A stretch of 63,603 nt of DNA, filler included, from Chiloscyllium plagiosum (Eukaryota), in NCBI RefSeq assembly GCF_004010195.1. It is 5 parts of one record of this genome, joined end to end, with 100 filler letters (N's around TTAATTAATTAA, not from the genome) between each part and the next. Parts side by side here need not be neighbours in the genome. Positions count along the whole stretch, not along the records: positions 1 to 29,612 come from NC_057717.1; 4 more parts are not named here. The stretch is one strand, 5' to 3'. Under the pieces are notes generated by a model. The model saw only the letters and a program-made list of their open reading frames with translations, was not told the origin of the DNA and made no database searches. Positions 12,665 to 26,271 of the stretch are shown here, piece by piece (the first letter of the stretch is position 1; the number at the start of each line of letters is the position of its first letter). The translations under genes and the position numbers were made by a program.

Positions 12665-14445
12665 CTGCATTCGCCATAAGGCACATGGAATGATAGTGAA
12701 CAGACATGATGGAAGCTGCAGAATGAACATCGCTGGGAAAGTTTGTTGGGATCTCGGCAGAATAGGCAAAAAAATCCACCAAGTTGTGAAGAAACGACGA
12801 GTTTAATGCATTAATGAGATAGCCACGTGAAACTGAAGATCAAAATTTGGAGTCTATTTCGGTGGAGCTGAGAAACCGCAAGCAGCAGCAACCGTTAGCA
12901 GGAATTCCTTTCTAGGCACCAGACAGTAATGTTAATGTCAATATGGTTACAGTCAGGACACTGAATGTACTTGTAGCAAGGGCAGTACAGTAACTGTGTG
13001 TGACAGTGGTCTCCATCTCGACTGGATCACTAATGAGTATCTGGGCTGTAATGGATGGAATCCTGGATTGTATACGAGATGGTTTTCTATAACATCATGA
13101 CAAGGAGCCATCAACAAAACTTTCTATTGTAGATCAAACGCTGTGTAATAATAAATATCTAATGATCCCATTATAAATCAGTTTTGTGAGCAGAGAACCA
13201 TAATGTTATAATGTAGATACTGTGTTTGAGTTAAGACCATGAGATGTAGGAGCAGAATTTTGGCCTTTTGGCCCATTGAGTATGCTCTTCCCTACAATCA
13301 GATCATGGCTGATCTGATGATCTTCAATTCTACTTTCCTGCCCATTACACAAAACACTTGTTTCCCTGATTCATTAAAATCTGATCATCTCTGCTGTAAA
13401 TATTCTTAATGACCCAGCCTCGACTTCCCCCTGCAGTCAGCAAATCCCACAGAGTTACTACCCTCTGAGTGAAGACATTCCTCCTTCTCTCCATCTTAAA
13501 TGGGATGTCCCTTGCTGGGATTTTCTGCCCCTGGTTACAGATTCTCACATAACTGAAATGAAAGATAGTGACAAATATAATTATTGCAGATGAAATGAAA
13601 ATTGTTGGAGTTGGGGTTAATGAGCAAAGACATTCAAAGTTGCAGGAGGGTAAAGATCAGTTAGAAAGATGTGCAGAGAAATGGCAAATTGAGTTTAATC
13701 TGGACAAATGTGAGATGATGTCAAAGTCAAGAAGAAAGTTAGGATACTGAAGGTCATTGATATACAGAAGGATCTTGGTGCAAGTCAGTAACTCCCTGAA
13801 AATTGCAACAAAAGTGTTTCAGATGGGAAATAAAGCAAAGGGAACACTGGCCTTCATCGGTCACAACGTTGGGTATAGTGGGTTGCATCTGATGCTGTTA
13901 TTCTATAAAACCTCTGTTTGGCCAAATTTGGAGCACTGTGTGCAGTTCTCATCTCCACACAATCGGGAGGATGGGGAGGCGTTGGAGAGGATATAAAAGG
14001 GGTTTATCAGCATGTTACATGTGTTATGTTTTTAAGGGTGTGTTAAGTGTTAAGAGGAAATTAAACAAAGTCGGATTGCTTTGTGAGTGTATCAGAGGCT
14101 GGCAGGCAACCAGGTACAGGAATATAACATTAGGACAGGGATAGACAATGTGGATAGTCAGAATCTCTTTCCTAATGTGTAAGTTTCAAATAAAGTGCAG
14201 AGATTTAAGGTGAGAAAGAGAGAGTTTAAACGAGGTGTGTGAGGCAAGTTTTATTTTACAGAGAGTGCAAGTTGCCAAGAGAGGTCGTAGAAACAGAAAT
14301 GTGAGTAAAGTTTTGAAGTGGCGTTTAGACAGAAACATGAACGGGCAGAGAATAGAGGGACATGGACCATGTACATACAGATGGATGAGATGGAAATGAT
14401 ATCAAGGTGGGCCGAAGGGCCTATTGCTGCACTGTTCTATTTTCT
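12665..14445. mobile_element. Cluster of decayed CR1 fragments (endonuclease +, 3' end -, RT C-terminus/3' end +)
   Basis: 13345-13548(-) FKMERRRNVFTQRVVTLWD. 13568-13996(+) ADEMKIVG...AEKWQIEFNLDKCE, PNLEHCVQFSSP. Confidence 0.8.
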
Positions 14446-14489
14446 AACTTCCCAGCATTTAACCGATCAAAGAACTTCACAATCTTGCA

Positions 14490-15747
14490 TGTTTCATTCA
14501 GTTTCTCTCTCATTTTTCTCAACTTCAATGGGTTCATTCTCAATCTACTCCACCTCTTCTTATTATAAAATACCTCCATTTCCAACATCAGCCGAGTGGA
14601 CCTTCTCTGGCCTGCCTCTGATACAAGAATATCTTACCTTCGGGCACACATACTGTTCATAATATTCTAGGTGTAGTCTGACTTGTACCTTGCATCGTAT
14701 AAGTAAGAACTTCCTATATTTAGACTCCATTACCTCTGTAATAAATGGCAGCATTTGATTTGCCTTCTCTATTACTTGATGAGCCTGTAAGCTACTTTTT
14801 TTCAGAATGATAAACAAGAATTCCCACAGTCCTTTATGTTTCCTATCTAAAAACAAATACTGTTAGCCTGACAGTAAGTCAGGAGCATGTTGAAATGAGT
14901 GAAAAACGACATATCAGTTAAAAAAACTGAACCCTTAGAATCGCATTTTATAAAAGCGAATTTGTTTTTGTGCCTGTTGGATTTTATTTGTTGGTGTGAA
15001 TATAAATTACAGAATAGATAAGGGGGTAGTGGTGGTGGGGGGGGTGTTGGTACGGAGGATATGGTTTATTTGAATTTTCAGAAGTCTTTGTGTAAGTTTC
15101 AATAAGGGCTAAAGAATAACTTGGTAGAGAATAGGGCCCCTTAAAAATCCATAAGGTCGCCTATGTGTGGAACCAGAGGAAATGAGTCAGATCTTAAACA
15201 AAAAAAGTCTTATCAGTATTTACTCTGGAGAAAGATATGGAAGCTCGGGAACTTTGGGAAATAATTTGCGATGTCTTGGAAAGAATCCTAAACAGAGAAG
15301 AGAAAGTGTTGGAATCTCAAAACAAATAAAGGTAGATCGATTCTCAGTAGCTAATTACGTCGATCCAAGAATCTTGGGGGAAGCTAGGGAAGAAATTGCA
15401 GTGTCCCTAACAGAGATATTTATATGACCAACAGACACAGTGAGGTGTCGGAAGACTAGAGGACGGCTAATGCTGTTCCATCACTTAAGGGTTGCAGGGA
15501 ACATCCAGGAAATTACAGCCCAGTGAGCCCAGTGGTGGGGACGTTATTGGAGGAGATTCTAAGAGAAAGGAGCAACGTTTATTTGGAAAGACAAGGGTTG
15601 ATTAGAAATAGTCCGCATGGCTTTGTGAGTGGAAAACCGTTTTTCACAAACCGGATTGACTCTTCGAGGAGGTGGCCAAGAGATAGATGAAGGCAGAGCA
15701 GTCTATGTTGTCTACATGGACTTCAGCAAAGCATTTGACAAGGTTCC
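14490..15747. mobile_element. Old LINE plus old CR1, left part (paralog of 6205-7390)
   Basis: Same sequences and same junctions as 6205-7390. The CR1 breaks at DFSKAFDKVP and resumes at ~18543. Confidence 0.8.
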
Positions 15748-16027
15748 AAGGGATGAAGAACATCTGGTCAAGAGAAAGAACGAAGCTTACATAAGGTTGA
15801 GGACGCAAGGATAGTTCGACCTCTGTAGGGTTACATGGTGGCGGCACGATGGCTCAGTGGTTAGCACCGCTGCCTTAAAGCACCAGGGACCCGATTTCGA
15901 TTCCAGTCCCAGTCTGTGTGGAGTTTACGCGTTCTCCCCATGTCTGCGTGGGGTTCCTCCAGGTGCTCCAGTTTCCACCTACCGTCCAAAGATGTGCCGA
16001 TTAGGTGTATCATCCATGGTAAATTAC

Positions 16028-16539
16028 GGGGGTGTAGGTTTGCTCGCTGAGCTGTCGGTTTGATATCCAGGCGTTTCATTTCCTGACAGGAAGAACGTTA
16101 GCCACCAGGATACACGAACACCAGCTAGTCACAAAAAGACATGACCCTCTCTCCCTCGTAGCCCTACACACAGATGAAAAAAAACACCAATTCGACTGGG
16201 ACACCGCATCTATCCTTGGACAGGCTAAGCAAAGGCATGCCAGAGAATTCCTAGAGGCCTGGCACTCCAACCATAACGCCACAAACAAACACATAGATCT
16301 CGATGCCATCGATCAACTCTCAGAAAACGAACAGGAAATAACATCACCACAAACCCCAGGAACCCCATCCAGGAGAAAAATATAAATAGAAAGCAGGAGG
16401 CAACAGCTTGGCTTCACTTGGAGGTCGCCACTGATGATGTTACCTAGCTAGGTAAGGAAACGTCTGGATAGCAAAACTACAGCTCTGCGAGCAAACCCTA
16501 AATCTCAACCTGAGCTACAAACCTTCACAATCCTTGCAA
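16028..16539 (+). mobile_element. PLE (Poseidon-like) 3' fragment: GIY-YIG C-terminus, pLTR and inverted pLTR at the 5' end
   Basis: Encodes TGRTLATRIHEHQLVTKRHDPLSLVALHTDEKKHQFDWDTASILGQAKQRHAREFLEAWHSNHNATNKHIDLD. 12-bp TSD ATGGTAAATTAC (16016-16027, 16540-16551). 16034-16085 is inverted against 16450-16500. Confidence 0.9.
16428..16467 (+). ncRNA. Minimal type I hammerhead ribozyme motif in the PLE pLTR
   Basis: cca-CTGATGA-t-gttacc-tagcta-ggtaag-GAAA-C-GTC-tgg. Core is intact; stem I cca/tgg; the stem II closing pair is mismatched. Confidence 0.65.
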
Positions 16540-18542
16540 ATGGTAAATTACCCATAGTGTTCAGGGATGTGCAGGATTGACACGTTAGTTATGGTAAATG
16601 GAGAGTAATAGGTGGGGGAATTGTTTTGGGAGGGATGTTATTCAGACGGTTCGTATGGAGTTGTTGAGCCAAATGGCCTGTTTCCACACTCTGGGTATTC
16701 ACTGAAGGTAGCCAGGAAGGAACTGAAGAATGGACTTAGGACAGCTAGAATGGGACATGAAAAAGCTTTGTTGGGAAGGATTAAGGAAAACCGTAAGGCA
16801 TTCTCCACTTTTGTGAGGAACAAGAGGATGGTCAGAGTGAGGGTAGGGCCAATAAGGGATAGTGGAGGGATCGTGTGCCTGGAGCTACAGGAGGTAGGGG
16901 AGGTCTTTAATGCATACTGTGCTTCAGTATTCACTACTGAGAGGAGCCTTGTTATTTGTGAGGACAGCGTGAAAAGGACTGATTTATGTGAACAGGTTGA
17001 TGTTAAGAAGGAGTATGTGCTGTGAATTGTGTAAAACATAAAGATAGATAAGTCGATAGGACCAGACGAGATATGCCCAAAGTTACTACAGGAAGCGAGG
17101 GAATGGATTGCTGCGCCTTTGGCGATGACCATTGCACCCTCACTGTCCACCGGAGTCATACCAGATGATTGGAGGGCAGCAATTGTTACTCCCTTGTTTA
17201 AGAAAGGGAATAGGGCTAATCTTGGGAATTTCAGACTTCACTTTCTTACGTCTGTCGTGTGTAGATTATTGGAGAGGACTCTGAAAGAGCGAATTTATGA
17301 CTCCGTAGAAAAACATAGTTGGATTAGAGATAGTCAGCATGCTTTGTAAGGGACAGGTCTCTTCCTCACAAATCTTACTGAACTCTTCAAGAATGTGACA
17401 GAACACCTTTATGGCTCATTCAGAAAGTACAGAGGCATGGGATACAGTATACCTGTCTGTCTGGATACAGAATTCCTGGCACATAGAAGACAGAGGGTGG
17501 TAATAGATGGGATGCATTCAACATGGAGCTCGGTGACCAGTAGTGTTCTTCAGGGATCGGTTGCAGGAACTCTGATCTTTGTGGGGTTTTTTTTTCTAAA
17601 CTACTTGGATATGGTTGTGGAAGAATGGGTTCGCAAGTTTGCCAATGACGTGGAGGTTGGTGGAGTGGTGGATAGTGTGGAGGTCTGTTGTAGGTTGCAG
17701 CAGGATATTGACAGGATGCGGAGCTGGGCTGAGAAGTGACAGATGGAGTTTAATCTGGAAAAGGGTAAAATGATTCATTTTAGAAGGTCGAACTTGAATG
17801 CAGAATACAGGGTTAAAGGCAGAATACTTGGTAGTGTTGTGGAACAGAGAGATCTTGGGTTCCACGTCCGTCGATCCCTCAAAGTTGCCACCCAAGCTGA
17901 TAGGGTTGTGAAAAAGTAATATGTTATGTTGCCTTTCAATTGCTGGGAGATTCGGTTTTCCATCCATAAGGTTATGCTGCAGCTCTATAGAGCCATGGTT
18001 AGACCCCACTTGGAATATTGGGTTCAATTCTGATCCCCTCATTACAGGAAAGCATTGGAAGCTTTAGGGGGGGGGGTAAATTGGAGATTTACTAGAATGC
18101 TACCTGTGCTGGAGAGCATGTCTTATGAAGAAAGGTTCAGGGAGGTAAGCCCTTGGTCATTGAAGTGAAGAAGGGTGAGGGGGGACTTGTAGAGGTGAAC
18201 AAGATGATGTGAGACACAGTGAATAGCGATAGACTTGTTTATACCATAGCATAAATGGTTATTGTCAGTGGGCAAAAATATTTTTAAGGTGATTGGTGGA
18301 TGGGTAAGGAGGAATTTCAGAGATAGGTTCTTTACAAAGAGTGTTGCGTGGTTGGAATGCACTGCCAGCGGTAGTCGGAGAGTCAGATGCATGAGGGACA
18401 TTTAATAGACTCTTGGATTGGCACATGGATGGCAGTAAAATGAATGGTATGTAGGTTAGTTTAAACTTCCAGACGGATAAAAGGCTGGCATGGCAACATG
18501 GCCGAAGGGCCTTGTACTGTACTGTTCTGTGTTCTACGTTCC

Positions 18543-19128
18543 GTGTGGTACACTGGGTAATAAGCCCAGATCATTGTAAAATGACATGGCATTCACGAGG
18601 AGCCAGTGAACTGGTTACAAAATTGGCTTGATGGTAGGACACAGAGGGAGATGGGAGACATGTTGTTTTTCTGACTGGAGGCATGTGACCAGCGGTGTAG
18701 TGGGTCCACTGTTGTTTGTCATCTGGATAAATGGTTTGGATGGGAGTATTGGTTTTGTGGTAAGTAAGTTTGTTGGGTGACACTGAAATTGGTGGTAAAG
18801 TGGGCAGTGAAGAAGATTATCTATGATACAACATTATAAACGGTACTGCTGGGATAGTGGGCTGAAGAATAGCAAATTACATAAATGTGAAGTGTTCCAT
18901 TTTGGTGAAACAAACCAGCATGGGACTTGTACAGTTAGTGTTCGGGCCCTAGGTAGTGTTGTCAATCAGAGACCCAAGGATACAGGTACACAGTTCTTTG
19001 AAAGTGGCGACACTGGTAGGCAGGCTGGTGAATCAGGTGTTTGGGATGGTTACTTTCATAGGGCAAAGCTGTGAGGGTAGGAGTTGGGATCTCATGTTGT
19101 GGCTGTAAAAGACATTGGTGCGGCCTCC
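18543..19128 (+). mobile_element. Old CR1, right part (continuation of 15105-15747)
   Basis: Collinear with 7390-7972. Confidence 0.8.
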
Positions 19129-19129
19129 G

Positions 19130-19343
19130 TAAAAGCATTATTGATCACTTGGAAGAACTCATCAGGTTCACTTAGCTCCTTTAGGGAAGGATATCTGACA
19201 TTCCAACCTGGTCTGGCCTACATGTGAATCCAGACCCACAACCATATAGCTGACTCTAATTTGCCCTCTAGGTAATTAGCAGTGGGGCAAAGAAGGCTGG
19301 TCCAATCAGTGTCACCCTCATCCCATGAATGAACAAATAAAAA
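19130..19343 (+). mobile_element. Shark SINE 3' half (paralog of 7975-8186)
   Basis: ctggtctggcctacatgtgaatccagaccc...cccatgaatgaacaaataaaaa. Confidence 0.7.
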
Positions 19344-19559
19344 TGTATATGTCTCTACCTACCTCTGCAAATCCCTCCAGGTGCTGGAATCCGTAATGGC
19401 TTTGTAACACAGTTCAGACCTGGACCACTTCCTTTCACACTCTCACCATCTCCAGCACCTTCAACTCTCCCTGTTCCTATCGTGTCATTACACCCTGACA
19501 AAGATTCCTCTTCCCACTGCCCTCCCCCCGCTAGCAGACCATTTGCAATCCCTTTAACA

Positions 19560-21720
19560 CTTACTGCTTAAACTCTCTCTCATTTCAGGATTTTAAGTAC
19601 TTTGTGGTAATCGTCTAAGCCTCATAATCTGATATGATCCATTTTGGCCTGAGTGAGGGATGGGTGGGAATTTCTTGCTGAGGTTTTGTCTGTTTCAATG
19701 GAACGTCCTTTTGTTGAGTATTTTACACTGTTCCTTCAAATGATTTCCACTGTTCATTTACAGATACATGTTTCAGTCTGTTTAACCTGTTTACCTTTGG
19801 TCAGTTCTCTTCTCAAACCCATGTAATTGACTTTTAGTTTCTAGATGTAGCTTGTCCTTTCTGTGATTCACTTTAAAATGTTATTTTACTTTAAACTGCA
19901 CATTACGCATTTTCCCAGAGGATCTCCCCAGGTGACATTACTCACTAAGTTTCATGACACAACGGTGGCTCTGAGGTAGTAACGTCCTTGCCGGTTCCAA
20001 ATGTGCTATTCAAAGAAACACTGAAAAAAATTCTAAAATCTCCTCTTCGAATATCACTCTTGTCAGTGTGATTGTCAAGAATATACGAATATTGCAGTTT
20101 CACTAAATTATCACAATGTCTTTATTAAAAATTCCAATGAGTTCCTCTTTCATGCAGTGATGAGCAATGGAATGTTGTCAAGTGGCCTAAAACTGTTCTG
20201 GTGCTTGTGTCCTTGGCAAGTAGTTGCCAGAATTTACATTCAGACTGACTCTACTGCATGGTCTGAGACCAAATGCTTTCTCTGTAATGTCTTTGTTATC
20301 CATTATTGTTCGCGTTACCCATTTTGCCTGAGTTTCCACAAGGTTGTGAACCATTGAATACGTAAGTTCCAACTGTTGTTCGTCCAGTGCCCATGTCTCA
20401 CTGGTGTCTAAATCTCTTTTATCTCTGTGTCACAAATCAGTCAACCTTGCTGCAGAGACATTGTCCATTCCAAAATGAAATATAATTTACTTTTCCCCAC
20501 AATTTCCTGTCACAAATCGATTCCCTGATGTACAGTTTTAGTTAAAATCTGTCCATTCCTGTTCCTTTCTGCTTGTCTTCAGTCACATCCCCGTGCTGTT
20601 CACATGCGTCATCTTTTCTATTTGGATTTGGAAAGTTCCTTTCACCTGAACCCTCTGTCCGTTTAAAGCCCTGTCCATAAACCGACTGACATGATTGGCC
20701 AGGACCCTGGTCCCAGCTCAGTTCTAGCGGGACCTCATCCTTATGGATTTTTGAAAAAATCAGGTATGGGATGTGGGTGTCTCTGTCTGAGCAGCCTTTC
20801 TTGCCCAGCCCTAGCTGCCCTTACGTTGAGTAGCTTGCTAGGCCATTTCAGAGGGTAATTGAGAGGCAAACACTTTGCTGTGATTATGTTGTGCAGACCA
20901 CGTGAGGATAGGCACGTGTCTGAATGACAAGTGTTTGGATTTATTGTACATCAGTAATGGTAGTTATACATTGTCAATTATTATTTTTAACATAATTAAT
21001 TTCAAATTCCACCATTTCAGATGATGTGGTTCAAACCTGCCTCTCCTGAACATTAGCTGAGGTTTGGGATACATGCTCTCGGAACAATATCACAAGGCCA
21101 TTACCTTGTCTGCTCACAGGCTATTTATCCCTGAACATCGATACCCGTGTATCATGAAGCTAAACCTGTTTTTCCTTCATGATTGTTTGATCCTGTTACC
21201 TTCCGGCACTCTGGTGATATCACTCAGTCTCTCTCCATGTGGTATCCCTCACTGTGTGTGTCTAATTGCTGCCTCTGTCAGCGTCTCTCACTGTTGCAGC
21301 TACTCCAGATCCCGAGCCAGCAGAATTCTGCACTCCAGAGAGACGCAGCAGCACAGGCCAGGAATGGAGAGTGGGATTTTCCAGATCTCCGCGGGACACA
21401 GTACTATTCTCCATGTGTAACCCTCACGGCATCAGTCTAAGTTCCAATTCTTTCTATTTTTCTGTCTTCTGTAGCTACTCAGGAAGTTCATGGCTCAATA
21501 GATGTCCCAGCTCCTGGGTGTCCCATCCATCACCACATTGTTTCTCTGGCTGACGATCCATCTTCAAAGGGCAGGGAGATCTGGAGCCTTCAATAAATCC
21601 TTCACTAAGGTAAGATCACTCATCGTGCACAGAGCAGAGAGCAGCGAGAGGGCTCCAAACATCGGCAAACAGTGCTGGAAGGGGAGCAGTGTACAGACAA
21701 ACCCCAGGCTCAATCACCAC
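19560..21720 (-). mobile_element. Decayed CR1/L2 5' region
   Basis: Paralogous to 8720-9900 and, in part, to 28990-29612. Confidence 0.5.
20750..21108 (-). mobile_element. Near full-length shark tRNA-derived SINE (non-HE1)
   Basis: Minus strand has a tRNA-like head (TGGCCTTGTG...GGTTTGAACC) and the same body and tail as 7975-8186. Absent from the paralogous site near 9350. Confidence 0.65.
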
Positions 21721-22089
21721 GTCGACTGTAAGTTTTGTTGTTCTGAGACAGTATCGGGAGTGTCACAGTTATCAATCCAGGCCTGTGATGTCTTAGTGAG
21801 CACAAGGACAACAGAGGGGAAAGCAGGCTTCTCATGAGTGGGTGGGAATACTCCCTGGAATCTTTCTGTTCTGTGTTCCCCCTCCAACACTGTACATATA
21901 CCATGTCTCATGGACCAGTGTCTTTAATAATTTGTAACTCTTATAACAGTTCCTGTCCCTGTAACCTCCACCTTCCCTATAGTCCCTCCCCATATTTGAA
22001 ATGTACTGCATTTCAAACTATTATCCCTATCTCTGTAACTTTCTTCAGCGTCTACACCATACCTTATCTCTATAGACTCCTCCTCCAAT

Positions 22090-25000
22090 AACAGAGGCAT
22101 ACAGCATGGAAACGGTTCCTTCCATCCAACTAGTCCATGCTGACCACTGTTCATGAACGAATCGCATTTGCATATGTTGGTCCATATCCCTTCAAACCTT
22201 CACTTCTCCATGTATTTGCCCAAATGTCTTTTCCATGTTGTAATTTTACTTTTCTCTACCCTTTCCCTAGACGCCCATTCCATACATGCACCATTCTCTG
22301 TGGCGAAATGTTCTCCTCTGGTCGCTTTTAAGTATTTCCACTCTCACCTCATATTTCTGCCCTCTAGTTATGGATTCCCCTACCGTGAAGTAGAGGCCTT
22401 TACTATTCACATTACGTATACCCCTCATGTTTTTATAAACCTTTATAAGGTCACCCCTCAGTCACCTCCGCCCAATGGAAATACGAAGGACAATGATATA
22501 AATATCTCTGCCACGGTCCCCGCTGCGACTTAGCGACAATGTTGTGGGATAAACTTGTTCAGGGCCTCGGGCGTTCTCTACCTTTGTGTTCTAAGATCTC
22601 TGGCACCACCTCTTCTGTAATGGGGACCCTTTTCAAGACATCATTGTTTCTCTCCCTTTGTTTCCCTGTCCACAGTATGTTCTGACATGAAATATTCATT
22701 TCAGGTCGCGCCCACCTCCTGTGATTCCAGGCATGATTGGCCTTCTTGATCTTTGAGGGGCCCTATTGTCTCTCTAATTGCTTTTTTGTACTTGTATGCT
22801 GTAGAATCTCTTTGGATTCTCCTTAACCTTTTCTGCCAAAGCTATCTCATCGCCCTGTTTTGCTTTCCAGCTTCTCCAGCCTCTCTGTTTCTGTCAAACC
22901 CTCCAGTATCAGTAACATCTTCGTCAATCTTTGCTCCGTTTGCAGTTTCGGAAAATGCTTCCTGAAGCAGGAGGATCAGAATTCTACACAGTACTCCAAC
23001 TGGAGACCCAGCAATGTCTTGTACAGCCGTATCATGATGTACCAAGTCGGGTACTCAATGCTGTGGCCCATGAGGGCAATCTGCCTAATGCTGCTTTCCC
23101 CACCCTGTCCACGTGTGAAGCCACACCCAAGGAAAAATGTAAGAGCACGCCTTGGTCTCTCTCTGTTCCACAACACTGCGCAGAACTCTGCCATAAACTG
23201 TGTTAGTCCTCTCTGGTTTATCTTAACAAAATCNNNNNNNNNNNNNNNNNNNNNNNNNNNNNNNNNNNNNNNNNNNNNNNNNNNNNNNNNNNNNNNNNNN
23301 NNNNNNNNNNNNNNNNNNNNNNNNNNNNNNNNNNNNNNNNNNNNNNNNNNNNNNNNNNNNNNNNNNNNNNNNNNNNNNNNNNNNNNNNNNNNNNNNNNNN
23401 NNNNNNNNNNNNNNNNNNNNNNNNNNNNNNNNNNNNNNNNNNNNNNNNNNNNNNNNNNNNNNNNNNNNNNNNNNNNNNNNNNNNNNNNNNNNNNNNNNNN
23501 NNNNNNNNNNNNNNNNNNNNNNNNNNNNNNNNNNNNNNNNNNNNNNNNNNNNNNNNNNNNNNNNNNNNNNNNNNNNNNNNNNNNNNNNNNNNNNNNNNNN
23601 NNNNNNNNNNNNNNNNNNNNNNNNNNNNNNNNNNNNNNNNNNNNNNNNNNNNNNNNNNNNNNNNNNNNNNNNNNNNNNNNNNNNNNNNNNNNNNNNNNNN
23701 NNNNNNNNNNNNNNNNNNNNNNNNGCTCCCAGCTCACCACTTGTGGCTGTCAGTGATAGAAATATCTTTGTAAGTTTCTTCCCTAACTTACCCCAATATC
23801 CTGGGATGTACTTGATTAGTTCCCAGAGAGTTGTCTAATTTTAATGAGTTTGAAAACCTTCAGCACCTCCTGTTCTCCAATGTGTACTCTGTCGAAAACC
23901 TCACTGTTTATTTCCCTGCTTCCCCAGTGTTTTATCAACAGTAAGTTCTGACGTGAAATTTTTGTTTCGGATCTCGCCATTTCCTGTGGGTTCACTCACA
24001 GATGGCTTCATTGATCTTTGAGGGGTCACATTCTATGTCGTGTTAATCTTCTATTGTTAATATATTTGCAGAATATCTTTGGATTTGCCTGAACCTTATC
24101 TGCCAAAGCTCTGTCAGATCCCTTTCACGCCCTCATGATTTCCCTCTTAAGGATATTACTGCACCCACAATGTTCTTCAAGGCATTGACTTAGTCCAGCT
24201 GGATATATAGGACATGTGCCCCCTTTTATCTTGACCAGCACCTCAATATCCCAAGCGATCCACTGTTTCCCACTTGTGTCAGCATTGTCCTTCACAGTAA
24301 CAGGAATATGCTGGCCCTGAAATCTTAATTTATCTCTCTTTTGAAAGAATCCCACTTGCCCGACGTCCCTTCACTATGAAATAGCCTCCACGAATCAACT
24401 TTTGGACGGTCTTGCCTAATAGCTTCTGGACTGGGTCAAGGCCAGTTTTGATCGTTAACCTGTGGACTAGGCCTGTCCTTTTCCATCACTATTTTCAAAC
24501 TAATAGAATTGTGGTGACTTTGCCAAAGTGCTCCCCCACAAACACTTCAGCCCCTTTTTCTCCCTTGTTTCCCGAAGGGAGGTCAGGTTTCATCTCTTCC
24601 TCCAGCCGGACCAGTTACATACTGACAGGGACAGTTTTCTTGAACACACTGAACAAATTTTTTCCAATCCAAGCTGTTAACACTTCGGCAATACCAATCT
24701 TGGTTTAGAAAGTTAAAATCCCCGATCATTACAGCCCTATCATTCTTTCAGATATCTGAGATCTCCGACGTATTTGCTGCTCAATTTCCCGCTGACTGTA
24801 GTACAGTCATATCAAACTGATCATGCAGTATAATTTCTCAGTTCCACTAATACAGCTTCACTAGGCAATCCCCAGGATAATCCTATCTCAGTGCTGCAGT
24901 GATGATTTCACTGATCAAAAACTCTAATCCCCCTCCTCTCTTGCCTCCCCTTATATCCTTCCTGTCGCATCTGTCCCAGAACATTGAGCTGCCTGTTCTG

Positions 25001-26270
25001 CCCCTCCCTCAGTTTTGTTTCTGTAATTCCTGCGATATCCCTGTCCCATGCTCCCATCCATGCCGTGCGTTCATCTGTATAACCTGTTAGGCCTTTTAAA
25101 TTAAAGTAAATACAGCTTAATTGATGCGCTTTCCCTCATTGCCTGCTGTGCTCTTGCCTGCCTTGTCGAATGAAATGACTCTCTTGAGATTCTGTCCCAG
25201 CCTCAATGTTCAGACTGTAGCCTGAGACCATCCCTCTCACTGTAAACAACAGCCTCACTTTTCATGTCATCTGCAAACCTACTAATGATACCTTCTGCTT
25301 CACATCGGTGTGATTAAGGCCCATAAATAACAACAATGGTTCCTGCAAAGATCCCTGTGGTTCACCCGCTGGGAAAAGGCTTTCTATCACAAAACCAACC
25401 CTCCACCAATTGTGGATCCAATTTTCCAACTTGCCTTGGATCCCATGGGCTCTTCCCTTCTGAAACAGTCTTCAACATGCGACCTTGTCAAAGGCCTTAA
25501 TGAACTGCATGTAAACCACAACATCTGCACCGCCATTATTAATATCTTCAATCGTAATTTCAAACAAATCTCAGCTAATTTCATCAGACATTATCTTCTT
25601 CTTCCAAATCTATACTGACTATCACTAATTGGTCCCTGCCTTTCCAGTTATTGATCCATCCGGTTCCTCAGAATTGTTCCCAATTTCCCTCCCACTACTG
25701 TCAGACGATCTGCTCTGCAATTTCCTGGCCTATCGCTGCTGCCCTTCTTGAACAAAGGAACCACATTAGCTATCCTCCAGTCATTCGGCACTTCACCTGT
25801 GGCCAGCAAAGTATTACATAGATCCGCCAGGGCCCCAGCAATCTCCTCCCTTACCTCACAAAGCAGTCTGGGATATGTTTCATTGGGTACTGGCGATTTC
25901 TCCGCTTTTATGCCTGTGAAAATAGTTAACACATCCTCTTTATTGATCTTAACATGTTCTGGAACCTCAGCATCCCATCTGAAATTCCCGGCTACAATGT
26001 CTTTCTCCTGTGTGAATACAGATGGGAAGTATTCATTGAAGACCTCACTCGCTTCCACTGGCTCCATGCATAGATTGTCCCTTTGGTTTCTCACAGGCCT
26101 CCCTCTTTCGCTGGGAATCCTCTTGCTCTCACGATGCTGATAAAATACCTGTGGCTTTTCCACAATCGTATCTGCCAAATATATTTCATGACCATTGTTT
26201 GTCCCTCATTTTCCAAAATCCCCTTGCACTCTCTATACTTGTGAAGGGCTTCACCTGATTTTATTGCACT
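22090..26270 (-). mobile_element. Several CR1 fragments (3' end, RT, endonuclease), split by an N gap
   Basis: 25648-26178(-) VPNDWRIANVVPLFKKGSSDRPGNCR. 22976-23230(-) MIRLYKTLLGLQLEYCVEF. Confidence 0.85.
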
Positions 26271-26271
26271 G

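Larger units (their letters stand above)
10060..12665. repeat. Degenerate 37-bp-family minisatellite, interrupted by a SINE and a pLTR
   Basis: Repeated ccctatctctgtaa / ctcctccag motifs. Confidence 0.7.
15840..16703 (+). mobile_element. HE1-type SINE interrupted by a PLE
   Basis: GGCGGCACGATGGCTCAGTGGTTAGCACC head, V-domain, and tail gccaaatggcctgtttccacact. Confidence 0.88.
15748..18537 (+). mobile_element. Younger 5'-truncated CR1 LINE inserted into the older CR1
   Basis: RIKENRKAFSTFVRNKR, PDDWRAAIVTPLFKKG, VLQGSV, KFANDVEVGGVVDS; ctgttctgtgttcta tail; GTTCC on both sides (15743-15747, 18538-18542). Confidence 0.9.
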
